Shown: piece by piece, positions 25,640 through 39,329 of the stretch
Layout of the letters: each line of letters begins with the position of its first letter
How positions within the stretch are numbered: position 1 is the stretch's first letter
Source of the DNA: Eledone cirrhosa
Lineage: Eukaryota
Length of the DNA: 64,000 bases
Direction of reading: 5' to 3'
Assembly (NCBI GenBank): GCA_964016885.1
Contig: OZ024741.1
Coordinates: 175,832,001 to 175,896,000, forward strand
Made by a program: the position numbers and the translations under genes
The notes under the pieces: model-generated
What the model saw: only the letters and a program-made list of their open reading frames with translations
The model's database searches: none
What the model was told of the DNA's origin: nothing

Positions 25640-25793
25640 GTAATAATAATAAATTTGAAAACTAAAATCCAAAGAGGGCTCGATAAGGATAAATATATAT
25701 CAAATATATAAGAACCGTAGAGCAAATATTTATTAACATAACATATTAAAATCTAAGCAAAGAATCCTTTGCTTAAACTTTAATCTGTTATTT

Positions 25794-25797
<4 letters not shown>
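25640..25797. mobile_element. Family D insertion in (TA)n
   Basis: Both ends match 18333-18429 in reverse orientation. Confidence 0.65.
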
Positions 25798-25830
<33 letters not shown>

Positions 25831-25831
<1 letters not shown>

Positions 25832-26016
25832 AGGAACAAGTAGGACCCCGACGGCTGAGCTCAAGCCGTTTCGACGGCTAATTCTGGACTAGATGTCGAA
25901 ACGGCTTGAGCTCAGCCGTCGCGTTCCTACTCGTTCCTATTACCCACACTACTACCCTAAGTATTGAGTACTTTGGTGCGTTATGGTCCATCTGGTTCCT
26001 TATCACATTTCCTTCG

Positions 26017-26019
<3 letters not shown>
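25831..26019 (+). mobile_element. Family A fold-back insertion in (TA)n
   Basis: Same two termini as 16355-16536. Confidence 0.85.
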
Positions 26020-26063
<44 letters not shown>

Positions 26064-27462
26064 TAATGGCTGCATACGTCGACGTCTTGCGGATGCTGGT
26101 GAACTATCTGAGCCGCCTGTTTTCATGAACCCCCAACGTCGGCAATTAGATTAATCCAAAGGTGTGGAGAGAAGTCTATGTTGTGAAAAGAGTTGTAATG
26201 AGTTTGTAACGCGTTCTGAGGGAGAAATAGCCCGCAAAGATTTGAGGACGCTATCATTTCAGGCTAGACCGTGCTAGGGTAAACACCACTTGTTCTTTTG
26301 CTCCGCCAGCACAAATAATATGTAACGACACAACAATTTTACTACGGAATTGGCTAAACGCCTCAGCCAGTCGACCGTATTTTCTCTTGTAATCTTAATT
26401 GAATTATTTCATTTCTCTTGGCATACCAGCTCAACCTCTGTTAATAAATAATGTAAAACCAAGCTAAAGTCGTTGTCGATATTCCTATCATATCTTTCTA
26501 CCAAACCTGGTTCCTCGTGGCAACATTACAACTCTCGAAATATACTTCTCTGCTAAATTGGTACTTATATACCTCAACCAAATTGGTGACTTATATTCAA
26601 CAAAGAGAAACATTCTTTTCCTTTAAGTTCTATACATCCATGTTTGTAAGTAGGTATAACAAACATTTTGCTATTTAAGCATTTAGATTTCAATAGCTCA
26701 TCAGGATGTACAAATGGCGTACCTGATTAGCTGTTGGACTCTAGTACCTATTTGTAAACAGCTCCGTTGTCACACTCCTTCACCCTTTCGTTCATGCACG
26801 CATTCACGCAAACATATTCACGTTTTATTCTACAATTAAATATGAATATATATATACAAAGATTTTCCTCACACTCACTTAGCCATATTCACATGGTAAC
26901 CATGCCAAAAGTGTCGGGAGGATTCTGAGTGTGTCATGAGCAAGGGAACCTCTACAATGTTGAGGATTTACACGATAAACGCGGCCAACACATTGTAAAG
27001 TGATTGGAGATAGGAAGGACATACAAAGCGTCAGAATGCCTCTTCAGCTATGCTATAGACATGACCACCTCCCTGGCATTGCTGATATACAACATATAAG
27101 ACCATCCAGTATACATTGTAAAATGGGTGGTGATAGAACATTCATGTGGCGATTACGTCATAATAAAGGCAATCAAATATTTGAAACATCGTAACCGATA
27201 TCAGTATACCTAACTAAAGTATAGTTAAGTTAATATATGAAGAAGGATAACAACTACGAAAAGTTTCGATAGTGCAATTAAATTTGAGTTTCACATATGT
27301 GCTTATAGATTAGAAAACTGCTATAGAGATACAACTAATAGTTACATAACAACGTTATTTCTAAATATATGAACACCTCTACGCACATATACATTTATAC
27401 ACTTACATACAGACACACACATATATATATAAACAATGTACATAATGTCACATACATAGACC

Positions 27463-27537
<75 letters not shown>

Positions 27538-27562
27538 GGGAGTGTATATATATATATATATA

Positions 27563-27597
<35 letters not shown>

Positions 27598-27601
<4 letters not shown>

Positions 27602-27700
27602 ATGTTCAAGACCCCGACGGCAGAGCCCACGCCGTTACGACGGCTATTTCTGGACTCTGATGCATTATGGTCCACCTGGTTCCTTACCACTCTTCCTTCG

Positions 27701-27703
<3 letters not shown>
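27598..27703 (+). mobile_element. Family A inversion/deletion insertion
   Basis: Inverted HHR segment joined to the direct tail at ACT microhomology (~27655-57). Confidence 0.8.
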
Positions 27704-27746
<43 letters not shown>

Positions 27747-28794
27747 GCACGTCCTGAAAATATATTTACTCAAGTCAACAATATAGACATATAAAACGCA
27801 GACGATTTCTCTTAATCACTGCTATACATTCCTTGTGTTATAAAAAAGTTCACAGTACATATACATAAATATATACGATTAACATTCCTGTCTTCATATA
27901 TACGATTACCATTCATGCATTTAACATTCTGTTAAAATTATGCATGTCTGCAATCAAAACTGCGTGGTTAAGCAACATATCTCTTACCCACAGACATAGA
28001 TATACATATATATATATACACATATACATGTATAAATAAATATTTGCGTGCGTCTTCCCGCATCGCTCATGTATACATAGACATATATACAATCATAAAA
28101 AACCTATAACACTTTTATATGCATTTTAATAAACATACACGTTTGTATAGAGATAATCAAATATCAATATATTACTAAGGATTATACTTTGGAAATATAA
28201 TTATAACAATATAAATTTAAACTACCATAATTTTGGAAATACAATTACCAGTATAGTCAAAAGGACAAACGAATTCTAGAAATATCAAAGCATTAAATAT
28301 GTTTAAAACACTATAGAGTATTTTCAGTTAAAATAATATGTTTCATATATTTAGTATAGAAATTTATCCTACGTATATTTCAATCTAGATATTGAAAGGA
28401 TAGACTTATGAAAATTATGAGAAGCTATCAGAATCAAAACAAAACTAATAAAAAAAAAATAAATAAATAAAATAAATAAAAATAAAAATAAAAATAAAAA
28501 TAAAAATTAAAATAAGAGTTAAATAAATATTATATCAATATAATTTAAGAATTTGAAAATTTAAAAATTTAAAAAAATTAAAAAAACCCAAGGAATCTAC
28601 AGATATCCTTATATTTGGTATAGAAATTTATCTTACGTATATTTTATTTAAGACATTGGAAGTATAGATATTTTAGAGTAGTTTATTATATCTATGTTTA
28701 TATTTAGGAAGAAAGTTTAAAAAGAAAAAGGTGAAGGAATCTAATGATTTATCGACAGGTTTCATATATTAACTAAATTACTTAATTAATTATA

Positions 28795-31022
28795 CTACAT
28801 TTTAAATTTATATTTATATTTAAACGTTGAGTTCAATCTATGTCTGCAGCAACTGAATAAATTGTTCCTTAAATTAAGGGAATTTTTGGACTTTAATATA
28901 AAGAATATTTCTTCAATACAAAGATCACAATTTTCTGAAGAGGAATTAAAAGGAGTAGCTTTGGTAATAATATTCCAAGTCATCGAATATTTAACATTAT
29001 CTCGTTTTAGGTCCCATAGTAGGCTAGATAGCGAAGTTGAAGATTTTTTGTTTGGATCTGTGAAAGAATTTTTATGATTATTGAAGCGAAATTTAAATTC
29101 TGTAGAGGTAGAACCAACATAGTTAAATGAATTTAAATTTGTTTCAACATTACAATTGTACACTACATTTTTAGCTAAGCAGTTGTTATTTAACGGACAG
29201 TTAGATTTATTTCTACAGTTACAGCTATTCAATTGAATATTGCTTGGGTTATTATTGGTATTTTGGTTAGGTTTTAAATTTCTATTATTAATTCTATTAA
29301 TATTTTGTGCTAAATTTTTGGTGGACGAGTAAGTTAATTTTATAGTGTGTCTATTAAAAATTGAGTAATATTTATGTGGTCTAGGGAAGCGTTTGTCAAG
29401 AGCTTTAAAGAATAGTTTAGCAATAGGGGTTTTAATATTTAGTGAGAAAGGGGGAGCAAACCATAATATATTTCTAGTTCTATTTCTTTTTCGGCTTTTG
29501 GTATTATTGTAATGTTTTCTATTATAGTTGTTAAAGTTGTTACCATAATTAAAATTGTTATTATTTTGGTTAGTTTGCTTATTATTATTATTATCAATGT
29601 ATTTAATTTTATTTCTATATCCAGCTCTACCTAACGCTTCGTTGTAGTACTGCGCTTTTTCATCAAATATGATTTTATTAGATGAAATTCTTGAAATTCT
29701 TTCTTGAACAGAGTTCAATATAGTATTTTTAACAGATCTGGGGTGATTAGAGTTAAAATTAACATAATTCAAGTTCTCATTTAGTTTATGAAATGGATAA
29801 TGAAGGCATGTGCTGAGATTTAGTGTTACGTCAAGAAAATTGACTATTTTATGGTTATTCTCTATTTCTACTTTTAGGTTAAGGTAATAAAAAAATTGTA
29901 TAATTTGTTTTCTTTTTCTATTTAGTTCACAGCTTTTATTTTGTATAAGTAAAAGCATGTCATCAGGATATAAGCCTCCGGTTACACCTGGTATTTTTCT
30001 ATGTAGCGAATTAATTATAAATAGGCCCACAAGGTCCGTTACCTGAGCTGAGTCTGATGATCCCATAGTTATGTCGAAATTATTATTTCTATCTGCCCTA
30101 GTCCAGAGTTGGTTATTAAATTCTATCAATGTTTTCCTTGCCGATAATATAATGTGTATTTCATTGCTAGTTAGGTCTGTATGTTTAAATGCGTAATTTA
30201 GTGCCTTATTCAGTAGATTAGGAGTGATAGATGAATAGTAGTTAACAATATCCAGCTGAATAAACTTATTATCATAGTTATATTTAATTTCTTTAAACCA
30301 ATCGATAACCTCACTAGTCCCTTTCCATAATTTTAAGTAAGATAAATTTGGTAAGTTTTTAATTTGTTGTATTACCCTGTCTAGAATATTTTTGCTAAGT
30401 TTGCCCAGGTCAGATTTAGATGGTGCAATTAATCTGACTGGTAAATCATTTTCAAAGTTTCTTTTGTGATCCTTCATATTGATCTTAGGTTTCCTAGGCA
30501 TGAAGGGTTGTGTTTTATTCTCAATGTCTAATTCATGCATTATACAAGATGCATCTGTATTCAGTTTTTCAAGTTCGTCCTTATTTGCTACATTGTACTT
30601 TTTCCTTAGTTCTTTCAATATAAGGTCGTTATAAATGTACTTTTGTATTCCATAAAGATTATTAGTTTTGTCCGACTTCACTAAAATTTTCTATGTTTTC
30701 TCCAAGTTTTCAATATTATCCTTAATACTTCTTAAGCAATCCTGGCCTTTAAGTTCTTTCTGAATTTGATGCCTTGGATGATAGATACGATATCATTTTC
30801 AAAATCCATTAGTAGTTTGTTGTGGGGTGGATTTTTTTTAGATTTGAAAATGTTATCCAGATTTGAAACATTTTCATTTAGATTAGATTTATCAGAGTGG
30901 AAAGCACGCCACCTGATTCTTCTTATAAAAGAGACTGATTTTTCTATTAATTATTTAATAAAATCTTTGTTCCTAGGTAGAGGTATGTCTTTTAGAGAAG
31001 AAGAGATCTTAAAGAATTCCAT
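28795..31022 (-). pseudogene. PLE RT + GIY-YIG (N-terminal TAA stop and a frame disruption near 30690; 628-aa open C-terminal part)
   Basis: MEFFKISSSLKDIPLP..RIRWRAF, SDKTNNLY, MKDHK, LDIVNYYSSI, MGSSDSAQ, LYPDDML, CNCRNKSNCPLNNNC, NVVY..YVGST..FKFR..NH, CDLC.EE, CRHR. Confidence 0.92.
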
Positions 31023-31198
31023 TTTTTCAGTTATAATGTAAAGCGCTCAACAATACAGGAGCAGAATATATGCAAAATTTTTATTTAAAATGTTGGGATA
31101 CAACAAGTAAACATTTTTATAACTGATATAAAGCACTCGACAAGTATTTGGAGTAGATATACGATATTAATAAATGGAAACTATATTTATAAAACCAT

Positions 31199-31272
31199 AT
31201 TTATTTCATTATACATATTTCAGGGATACCAAATTAAATTAAGGTATGCCTTCATGAGACAAAATACAATAT
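31199..31272 (-). ncRNA. Family F hammerhead with mutated core (CTCATGA)
   Basis: Homologous to 34822-34895; G5C substitution. Confidence 0.65.
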
Positions 31273-31319
31273 ATAACAGTTTTAAAAATAAGCTTTGACG
31301 TACCCTATTAAAATACAAC

Positions 31320-33129
31320 AAAAAGTACAAGGTAGCAAATAAGGACGAACTTGAAAAACTGAATACAGATGCATCTTGTATAATGCATGCATTAGACATT
31401 GAGAATAAAACACAACCCTTCATGCCTAGGAAACCTAAGATCAATATGAAGGATCACAAAAGAAACTTTGAAAATGATTTACCAGTCAGATTAATTGCAC
31501 CAACTAAATCTGACCTGGGCAAAATTAGCAAAAATATTCTAGACAGGGTAATACAACAAATTAAAAACTTACCAAATTTATCTTACTTAAAATTATGGAA
31601 AGGGACTAGTGAGGTTATCAATTGGTTTAAAGAAATTAAATATAACTAGGATAATAAGTTTATTCAGCTGGATATTGCTAACTACTATTCATCTATCACT
31701 CCTAATCTACTGAATAAGGCACTAAATTACGCATTTAAACATACAGACCTAACTAGCAATGAAATACACATTATATTATAGGCAAGGAAAACATTGATAG
31801 AATTTAATAACCAACTCTGGACTAGGGCAGATAGAAATAATAATTTCGACATAACTATGGGATCATCAGACTCAGCTCACGTAACGGACCTTGTGGGCCT
31901 ATTTATAATTAATTCGCTACATAGAAAAATACCAGGTGTAACCGGAGGCTTATATCCTGATGACATGCTTTTACTTATACAAAATAATAGCTGTGAACTA
32001 AATAGAAAAAGAAAACAAATTATACAATTTTTTAATTACCTTAACCTAAAAGTAGAAATAGAGAATAACCATAAAATAGTCAATTTTCTTGACGTAACAC
32101 TAAATCTCAACACATGCCTTCATTATCCATTTCATAAACTAAATGAGAACTTGGATTATGTTAATTTTAACTCTAATCACCCCCAGATCTGTTAAAAATA
32201 CTATGGTGAACTCTGTTCAAGAAAGAATTTCAAGAATTTCATCTAATAAAATTATATTTGAAGAAAAAGCGCAGTACTACAACGAAGCGTTAGGTAGAGC
32301 TGGATATAGAAATAAAATTAAATACATTGATAATAATAATAATAAGCAAACTAACCATAATAATAACAATTTTAATTATGGTAACAACTTTAACAACTAT
32401 AATAGAAAACATTACAATAATTCCAAAAGCCGAAAAAGAAATAGAACTAGAAATGTATTATGGTTTGCTCCCCCTTTCTCACTAAATATTAAAACCCCTA
32501 TTGCTAAACTATTCTGTAAAGCTCTTGACAAACGCTTCCCTAGAACACATAAATATTACTCAATTTTTAATAGACACACTATAAAATTAACTTACTCGTC
32601 CACCAAAAATTTAGCACAAAATATTAATAGAATTAATAATAGAAATTTAAAACCTAACCAAAATACCACTAATAACCCAAGTAATATTCAATTGAATAAC
32701 TGTAACTGTAGAAATAAATCTAACTGTCCGTTAAATAACAACTGCTTAGCTAAAAATGTAGTGTACAATTGTAATGTTAAAACTAATTTAAATTCATTTA
32801 ACTATGTTGGTTCTACCTCTACAGAATTTAAATTTCGCTTCAATAATCATAAAAATTCTTTCACAGATCCAAACAAAAAATCTTTAACTTCGCTATCTAG
32901 CCTACTATAGGACCTAACATGAGATAATGTTAAATATTCGGTGACTTGGAATATTATTACCAAAGCTACTCCTTTTAATTCCTCTTCAGAAAATTGTGAT
33001 CTTTGTATTGAAGAAATATTCTTTATATTAAAGTCCAAAAATTCCCTTAATTTAAGGAACAGTTTATTCAGTTGCTGCAGACATAGATTGAACTCAACGT
33101 TTAAATATAAATATAAATTTAAAATGTAG
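31320..33129 (+). pseudogene. PLE RT + GIY-YIG with TAG stops (31647, 31779, 32908) and a frameshift near 32185
   Basis: Four track ORFs reassemble the 628-aa protein of the left arm. Confidence 0.92.
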
Positions 33130-34821
33130 TATAATTAATTAAGTAATTTAGTTAATATATGAAACATGTCGATAAATCATTAGATTCCTTCACCTTTTTC
33201 TTTTTAAACTTTCTTCCTAAATATAAACATAGATATAATAAACTACTCTAAAATGTCTATACTTCCAATGTCTTAAATAAAATATACGTAAGATAAATTT
33301 CTATACTAAATATAAGGATATCTGTAGAATCCTTGGGTTTTATAAATCTTTTAAATTTTTAAATTTTTAAATTTTTTAAACTTTTTAAAATTTTTAAAAT
33401 TTTTAAAATTTTAAAATTATATTGATATAATATTTATTTAACTCTTATTTTTATTTTTATTTTTATTTTTATTTTTTTATTTATTTATTTTTTATTTTTT
33501 TATTTTTTTTATTTGTTTTGTTTTGATTCTGATAGCTTCTCATAATTTTCATAAGTCTACCCTTTCAATATCTAGATTGAAATATACGTAGGATAAATTT
33601 CTATACTAAATATATGAAACATTATTTTAACTTAAGATACTCTATAGTGTTTTAAACATATTTAATGCTTTGATATTTCTAGAATTCGTTTGTCCTTTTG
33701 ACTATACTGATAATTGTATTTTCAAAATATAATCCTTTGGTATTTTAAATTTATATTGTTATAATTATATTTCCAAAGTATAATCCTTAGTAATATATTG
33801 ATATTTGATTATCTCTATACAAACGTGTATGTGTATTAACATGCATATAAAAGTGTTATAGGTTTTTTATGATTGTATATATGTCTTTATATACATGAGC
33901 GCTGCGGGAAGACGCACGCAAATATTTATTTATACATGTATATGTGTATATATATATATGTATATCTATGTCTGTGGGTAAGAGATATGTTGCTTAACCA
34001 CGCAGTTTTGATTGCAGACATGCATAATTTTAACAGAATGTTAAATGCATGAATGGTAATCGTATATATGAAGACAGGAATGTTAATCGTATATATTTAT
34101 GTATATGTACTGTGAACTTTTTATAACACAAGGAATGTATAGCAGTGATTAAGAGAAATCGTCTGCGTTTTATATGTCTATATTGTTGACTTGAGTAAAT
34201 ATATTTTCAGGACGTGCGTATATATATATATATATATATTTGTGTGTCTTTGCCTAAGATACTGATTTCTCTAGCATTTTGGTTGATTAAACCCAAATTT
34301 TGGTATATTGATCTCAAGTTTTAAACTATACATGTAGTCATCATTGAACAATGCTTAATTGCTCATATTATATATTTATGTCCCATTCATGAATATTAAT
34401 ATTTATAGTTTTATTATTCATTTCATATAAATTGTTAACTCAACTTAATATGACATGACGCAAAATGTTCATTATTTCCCCCTCTCTCTATATAATATTT
34501 CTCTCTCTTGAGTTTTCCTATCTGTCTAATGATTTAATATCTCTTTGTTGCTTTCCTCTGTTTTTCTTATTTCTTATTTCTTCCTTTTTTCTTTCTTTCC
34601 TCCTGTCTTTATTTATCTCTTTCTTTTTTCTGCATGCATCTCTCTCTGATACTTCTCCACTTTGTTTTCTTTCTCTCTCTCCGTCTTTTTCTTTCTCTCC
34701 GTGTTTTTCTAATTGTATGACTTATTAAAATAATATAAACAACTCACTATCCGGATGGCTTCCAAAAATAATGGTTGCATTTTAATAGGGTACGTCAAAG
34801 CTTATTTGTAAAACTGTTATA

Positions 34822-34895
34822 TATTGTATTTTGTCTGATGAAAGCATACCATAATTTAAGTTGGTATCCCTGAAATATGTATAATGAAATAAATA
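34822..34895 (+). ncRNA. Minimal type I hammerhead ribozyme (family F)
   Basis: Stem I TATTTTGT/ATGAAATA, CTGATGA (34835-41), stem II ATACCA/TGGTAT, GAAA (34872-75), TATGTA, AUA triplet. Confidence 0.8.
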
Positions 34896-34967
34896 TGGTT
34901 TTATAAATATAGTTTCCATTTATTAATATCGTATATATATTCATATATATATATATATATATATATA

Positions 34968-35750
34968 AACTTTAACTTTGATAACTTTCGATAGGTTTCG
35001 GCCAGTATTGGCCCAGGCCATGTCTAACTTAATAGCACCACCTGGCGAAGTCTTACAAATCAGTGTTTGGGCACCATGGCCCACTCGAGCAGAGAGTTAT
35101 TGTTTACGGAGGCATATCCGGGTGTAGGAGGTTTATCCGGGATTTCTTGAATGAATTTATCTAAAGACTTCTTGAACTTGATGGGGTCTGTCTCTGCTTT
35201 GATGTGTTTTGGTGTAATGTTAAAGAGTGCAGGGCTAATTGATGTGAAATAATTGCGCCGTATTGTTGTTATGTGATGCGAGTGAGATTTTTGTCGTGGG
35301 AGGATAGCACGGGGACCAAGCCTTGGGTGTACACTAAAGGTGATGCCAACATTATTTGGGCAAAGCTGATGGAATATTTTCCACATCATACATATAATGT
35401 AGCGCTCACCGCGACGTTGGAGAGAATAAAGTTTGAGCTTTTCTAATCGACTCCAACAGTCAAGGCCTGTCATGCCATCTATCTTTTTTGTAATTGACCA
35501 TTGGGGTTCCTCAACTTTCATAATACTTTGTTGCGTGTGGGGTGACCACAGTGGACAACAATATTCAAGGTGCGGTCGAACAAAAGTGGACAAGAGAAGT
35601 ATACCAGTGTGAATATCTCTCGACTGGAAAGTTCTAAGAATCCAGGAACACATTCTGCGGGCCATATCAACTTTGCTGTTTATATGAGTGGCCCAGCTTA
35701 TGTTGTTGTCCACAATTACTCCCAGGTCTCTGATGTTATTGAATGTCATC
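34968..35750 (-). mobile_element. CR1/L2-group LINE 3' portion with 3' UTR
   Basis: RDLGVIVD, VRPHLEYCCPLWSP, RLEKLKLYSLQRR.ERY, PDKPPTPGY; 3' stem-loop GGCCA-ATAC-TGGCC and AAAGTT tail. Confidence 0.88.
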
Positions 35751-38700
35751 AAACCGGCGGACAAGGGAGGCGCAGTGATGGTGTGGCGCGCTGACTTCTA
35801 CACGGCCGAAGCTGTCGGGCCTCCGCTCCCTCCGTAGACGAGATGACAACGTCATGAAACCGGCGGACAAGGGAGGAGGCGTGGTGGTGCGGCGCGCTGA
35901 CTTCTACGCGACCGAAGCCCTCAGGCAGCTCCGTAAACCCCTCTTCTACCGCCCTCTACCCTCCAACCCCACATCCCTTCACCAACAACAAGTTTCCTCC
36001 ACCATCAAACACCTTGTCTCCTCCTCTCTCCTCCCTCCCACCGCTTCCTACCTCATCGTTCGCACCCCCGCACCCCTACTATCTACCTCCTCCCCAAACT
36101 CCACAAACCCGACAAACCCGGCCGCCCCATCGGCTCCGCTTGCATCTGCCCCACCGAACTCATCTCCGCCTTTCTTGACTCCATCCTCGCCCCCCCACCT
36201 CGTCACCAGCCTCCCCTCTACCATCTCCTACACCAACCACGCCCTTCGCCTGTTCGACTCCTTCACTTTCGCACACCGCCCACACCCTCTCCTCTTCACC
36301 CGAGATATTAAGTCCCTCTATACTGTCATTCCCCACGCCGACGGCCTACGTGCTCTCCGGCACTACCTCGACCTTCGCCCTTCCCCCTCTCCTCCACCCC
36401 AACCTCCTTCGGATCGTCGAGTTGGTTCTCACCCTCAACTGCTTCTCCTTCTCGGGTGAGTTTTACCAACAGGTCACGGGGTAGCCATGGGCACAAGATT
36501 GGGCTCAAATTATGCCAACCTTTTCGTTGGCCATATTGAGGCAGAAATATTTTCCCAGTACACCGGCCCCACGCCCGAACTGTACGGTCGTTATATCGAC
36601 AACTGTATCGGAGCCACGACCCTCACCCGAGAACAGCTCGACTCCTTTCTCTCCTTCTTCTGCACCTTCCAGCCTCCCTCCACTTCACCACCTCTATCTC
36701 CACCACCCACGTCCACTTCTTAGACATCTCCATCGCCATCGACCCCTCCCACCGCTCCCACGTCACTTCCGCCTTCTTCAAACCCACCGACTCCCACTCC
36801 TATCTCGACTTCACCTCCTCCCACTCTACACACATTAAACACTATATTCCCTACTCCCAACTCCCCCGGATCCGCGGCCTCTGAAGCCGAGATGCTGACT
36901 TTGAGATACAGGCACTTTCCCTAGTCAGCCATTCCATCCGGCGAGGTTACCCCCTCCCTCGTCCACACCGCCCTCACTCGCACCCATGCTGTCCACCGCT
37001 CCACCGCCCTCATCCCACGCCACCGCACACCCGCCCACCGTCTCCTCTTCCCTATCACCTACCACCCATCCACCCTACTCCTCCACCGTACCATCCTCCG
37101 CCTCTTCCGACGCCTCCAGTCCGACCCCTCAACCTTCCCCTATCTCCCATCCCCACCCTCCCCTCCTTCAAACGCGCACGCAATCTCCGCACCCTCCTCG
37201 TCCACAGCCCCCCCCAACCCACGACCCCCTGGTTCCCTTCCCTGCTCAAGGCCTCGTTGCCACACCTGCCCCCACATCACCAACAACACCACCTTCCAGG
37301 GTCTCAACGGTCACTCTCTCTCTGTTCGGCACGCCTTCCGCTGCACCTCCTCCAACCTAGTCTATGGACTTCGCTGCACGGAGTGCAGCGCAACCTACTT
37401 CGAACAGACTGGACCTCGTCTGGCGAACCGTTTCACGGAACACCTCCGGGATATTCGTCTCGGCGGGAGTACCCCGACCGCCCGCCAATTTTGCTCCCCT
37501 GGACATTCCGCCCACCATCTCACAGTCTGTGGCCTACTCCAATGCCATGGAACACCGGCCACCAGCCTCACGGTCGTACAAAGCAATATCTTCACCCTAC
37601 AGACCCACACACACCCCGGCCTGAACTACCCACCCCTATTCGTTTAGCCTTCGACCACCCACCCTGCCCCCACACATTCCCCACTAACACCACTAACACA
37701 CTCCTCCTTTTCATCGCCCCTCCCCCTTGGCCCATCCCTCAACTAACAATACTAACACCCACTAACACCCTCTTTACCAAACACACACTCATCCAAACAC
37801 GCACACACACCAGTCCCCAACACCTTTTCTCTCCCTCTCCCTCTCTGCGCTGCCCCTACACCCCTTCACCACATACATACCACTAACACCTCTACTAATA
37901 TCCCACCGTCCCCCCACATCACCACCTTCGCCCTACACCCTTCACACCTCCCCATCCTCCCCACACTGACCGTTTCTCCACCTGTCATCCACCTCTACTG
38001 CTATCTCTTCACGCTGCCTGACCCTCTGACCACTTCCCTCTACTTCAGACCACTACCAACATAGGATTCTACACCAGTGGTCATCGTTCCAGCCATCCAC
38101 TCCATAACATGAAAAATATCCAGCAACTCTTCGCACACTCCATGGAACTACCTTAGGAACTTACCCACGAACATACACTCACATTTATTTTCGCACCACT
38201 CCTCCTACATCCACACCACGTATAAACACAAACACACACGTATACACACTCAGCCTCCGGAATCCACACGCCGGCTCCCCCACCCTCTGACCCCTCTCCT
38301 TCCACACGCACGCACACTCCGACTTACACCCCATCCTGCGCACACACCTTTTCCTGAACATGGAACCTCGTTCTTACCCCAACTCTCACATTCACATACA
38401 CACGCACGCACACACACGTACACCTACACACATACACAAACACCACCTTCAGCCTTCCTCGCTTCGAACCCCCGCCTCCTTCTCCCAACTCCACCCGCCA
38501 CCACCCTTATGCGCCTCACACCCTTCCACCACGTGTTCATTTTATTGTTTATTTTTATGTTTATTTTTATGTTTATGTTTATTTTTATTTTTATTTGTTC
38601 TCCTTTCCCCTTTTTTCTAAATGTCTTTCCTCCCCTTTTCTACACACCCTCGGAACTCTCTTCCTACCCAATTTTCTCCTGAAGAAGGGCTTATGCCTGA

Positions 38701-38793
38701 AACGTCGTTCCCCACCCCTCCACTCTCAAGAGCGTGAACCTAATAAACCTTTATTTGTCTGACTCTCTCTTTTTGTTTCCGTTCAAATGTTCA
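35748..38793 (+). mobile_element. C-rich Penelope-like element PLE3 (Neptune-like), frameshifted RT + GIY-YIG at ~35748-37650
   Basis: KPADKGG, DIKSLYTVIPH, GVAMGTRLGSNYANLFVG, YGRYIDNCIG, CTSSNLVY..C..C..Y..QTG..L.NRF.EH; terminal HHR; ends in TA. Confidence 0.88.
38679..38706 (+). ncRNA. Minimal hammerhead core in the PLE3 terminus
   Basis: CTGAAGA-AGGGC-TTAT-GCCT-GAAA-CG-TC with palindromic ACGT stem III; stem I ambiguous. Confidence 0.7.
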
Positions 38794-38836
38794 CTATATA
38801 TATATTTATATACGTATATGTCTATATCTGTATATG

Positions 38837-38911
<75 letters not shown>

Positions 38912-39329
38912 GTATATATATATATGTTTATATATCTATTATTTCTTCATAGGTGCCCTTTAATCTTATAGCCTGGTTTAATTGGTTTTTGTGTGGTTGA
39001 TTATGCTGATTGGGAGGGGGAAATGATGTATATATCTTATCAAATGATTCTATGGACATAATTTATAGTATATTGCTCTGATTATTTAATTTATTAATTC
39101 ATCATTCAGCCACACCGTGAATGGTCGCCAAAAACATATATATCTATGACTTTGTCTAGTTTGTGTATATGTAAATCTTTATATTTGATAATCTCCCATA
39201 AGTTTGAGATGCAATTTAGGCAATATTAGGCTCTGCTTTCTAGCAACCAGCCCACTCGCCGTAAGGCACCAATCACATTCTTTCTGACTTTACCACTGTC
39301 ACATCACAGTCCTTAACCATTTTGAATTC

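Larger units (their letters stand above)
27744..31319 (-). mobile_element. Penelope-like element PLE2 left arm: upstream pLTR with HHR, near full ORF, 3' UTR
   Basis: Family F unit at 31160-31319 upstream of ATG 31022; inverted repeat of 31320-34220. Confidence 0.92.
31320..34935 (+). mobile_element. PLE2 right arm, 5'-truncated, ending in the family F pLTR
   Basis: Near-identical inverted copy of 27744-30605; family F terminus at 34740-34935; continuity across 34220-34740 is inferred. Confidence 0.85.

Noticed and set aside
28795-30681. Telomerase or domesticated RT gene
   Set aside because: Intronless, has GIY-YIG and pLTR, and the N-terminus is disrupted
31320-33129. Selenoprotein-type recoding as in Naiad PLEs
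   Set aside because: In-frame stops are TAG, are absent from the other arm, and the endonuclease is C-terminal
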